From: an uncultured Candidatus Peribacteria bacterium
GTDB taxonomy: Bacteria; Patescibacteriota; Gracilibacteria; Peribacterales; Peribacteraceae
Direction: 5' to 3'
Assembly: GCA_964404805.1 (NCBI GenBank)
Contig: CAYOLJ010000002.1
Location: 1 to 34,779 of the forward strand
Length of the DNA: 34,779 bases
Both the position numbers and the translations under genes were made by a program. Positions 34,244-34,779 of this stretch are shown here, piece by piece. The notes beneath the pieces are model-generated. The model made no database searches and had not been told where the DNA came from. It was given only the letters and a program-made list of their open reading frames with translations. How positions within the stretch are numbered: position 1 is the stretch's first letter; the number at the start of each line of letters is the position of its first letter.

Positions 34244-34779
34244 TCAAGCAAGTTGCTGTGCAATGACTTTGGCAATCTGTCGAGCAGCGTCGGGATGGTG
34301 CAGGGCATGAATAGCTGTACCCATGGTGCGACGAGAGTCAGTTGCCTTGATGAGATGTTGAACACTTGAGACGAGTGATGTAGAGAGTCGGCTCTGTTCC
34401 AAGAGGATGCACCCCCCCGATCGCACTGCAACTTCGGCGTTTCTTCGTTGGTGATTATGTGCCACCCCCTCCAATGGAACGAGAATCGTAGGGAGGCCAA
34501 TGGCCGCCAGCTCAGCCAGAGTTCCCGCGCCAGCTCTACTTAGAGCAAGATCTGCTGCAGCCAGTAGATGCGGATACTCTTCGTCGGCAAATGCGCATTG
34601 CCAGTACCCCGGTGGATTCTGTGCCACGACACTCTTGCCATGCCCAGTGAGATGAATGATGTCGCAAAATTCCAGTAGTGCAGAGAGGTGTGTCGCAATG
34701 GCGCGATTGAGAGACAGAGCCCCCTGACTCCCTCCGAGCACGAGAAGTACGGGGTGCATGCGCGAGAGCCCCGTGATGG
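34244..34779 (-). CDS. murG: MurG glycosyltransferase, C-terminal part; 5' end outside the window
   Basis: [10 protein letters not shown]..., [19 protein letters not shown] and HQRRNA match the MurG C-terminal domain. The frame stays open to the window edge (…[10 protein letters not shown]…). Confidence 0.85.
   Translation of the reverse strand, partial: ITGLSRMHPVLLVLGGSQGALSLNRAIATHLSALLEFCDIIHLTGHGKSVVAQNPPGYWQCAFADEEYPHLLAAADLALSRAGAGTLAELAAIGLPTILVPLEGVAHNHQRRNAEVAVRSGGCILLEQSRLSTSLVSSVQHLIKATDSRRTMGTAIHALHHPDAARQIAKVIAQQLA

Noticed and set aside
34209-34247. TTG-initiated 13-codon extension of the cyclophilin ORF
   Set aside because: The ATG at 34208 yields a textbook lipoprotein signal (MKKYY...LLVGC). 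The extension adds only [13 protein letters not shown]. The TTGA overlap with the murG stop keeps it as a minor possibility.
1-34779. CRISPR arrays, rRNA genes, dnaA, restriction/defence enzymes
   Set aside because: I looked for regularly spaced direct repeats, rRNA-like conserved stretches and nuclease, ATPase or methylase motifs, and found none. The only helicase-type protein is Mfd.

Overview
This 34.8-kb chromosomal window uses the standard genetic code and is about 50% GC by eye. It looks like a small-genome, monoderm-type uncultivated bacterium. That is an inference from divergent housekeeping genes, a sortase-type surface anchor, a stand-alone ComEC beta-lactamase-fold protein and few Shine-Dalgarno motifs. 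The + strand block (1-11711) carries a MurJ-like flippase 3' end, an FN3/Ig surface protein, a ComEC-family MBL protein, a sugar nucleotidyltransferase, a DnaA-box cluster, dnaN, mfd and two coupled unknown proteins. A co-directional minus-strand block (11760-29151) carries a 33% GC orphan membrane gene, tRNA-Leu(UAG), a hyper-charged protein, aspS, nrdR, tsaC and dnaE. It ends upstream in a five-gene, translationally coupled operon (20285-29151) that encodes only exported, Cys-rich proteins I cannot assign to any family. That operon is the best candidate for an undescribed system. The right end carries a tandem-OB ssb (+), then murB, a small membrane protein, gltX, a cyclophilin lipoprotein and the 3' part of murG (all minus). 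I saw no rRNA, CRISPR array, transposase or integrase. All calls rest on reading the ORF translations and the raw sequence by hand. No database search was run, and family names are motif-level recognitions.
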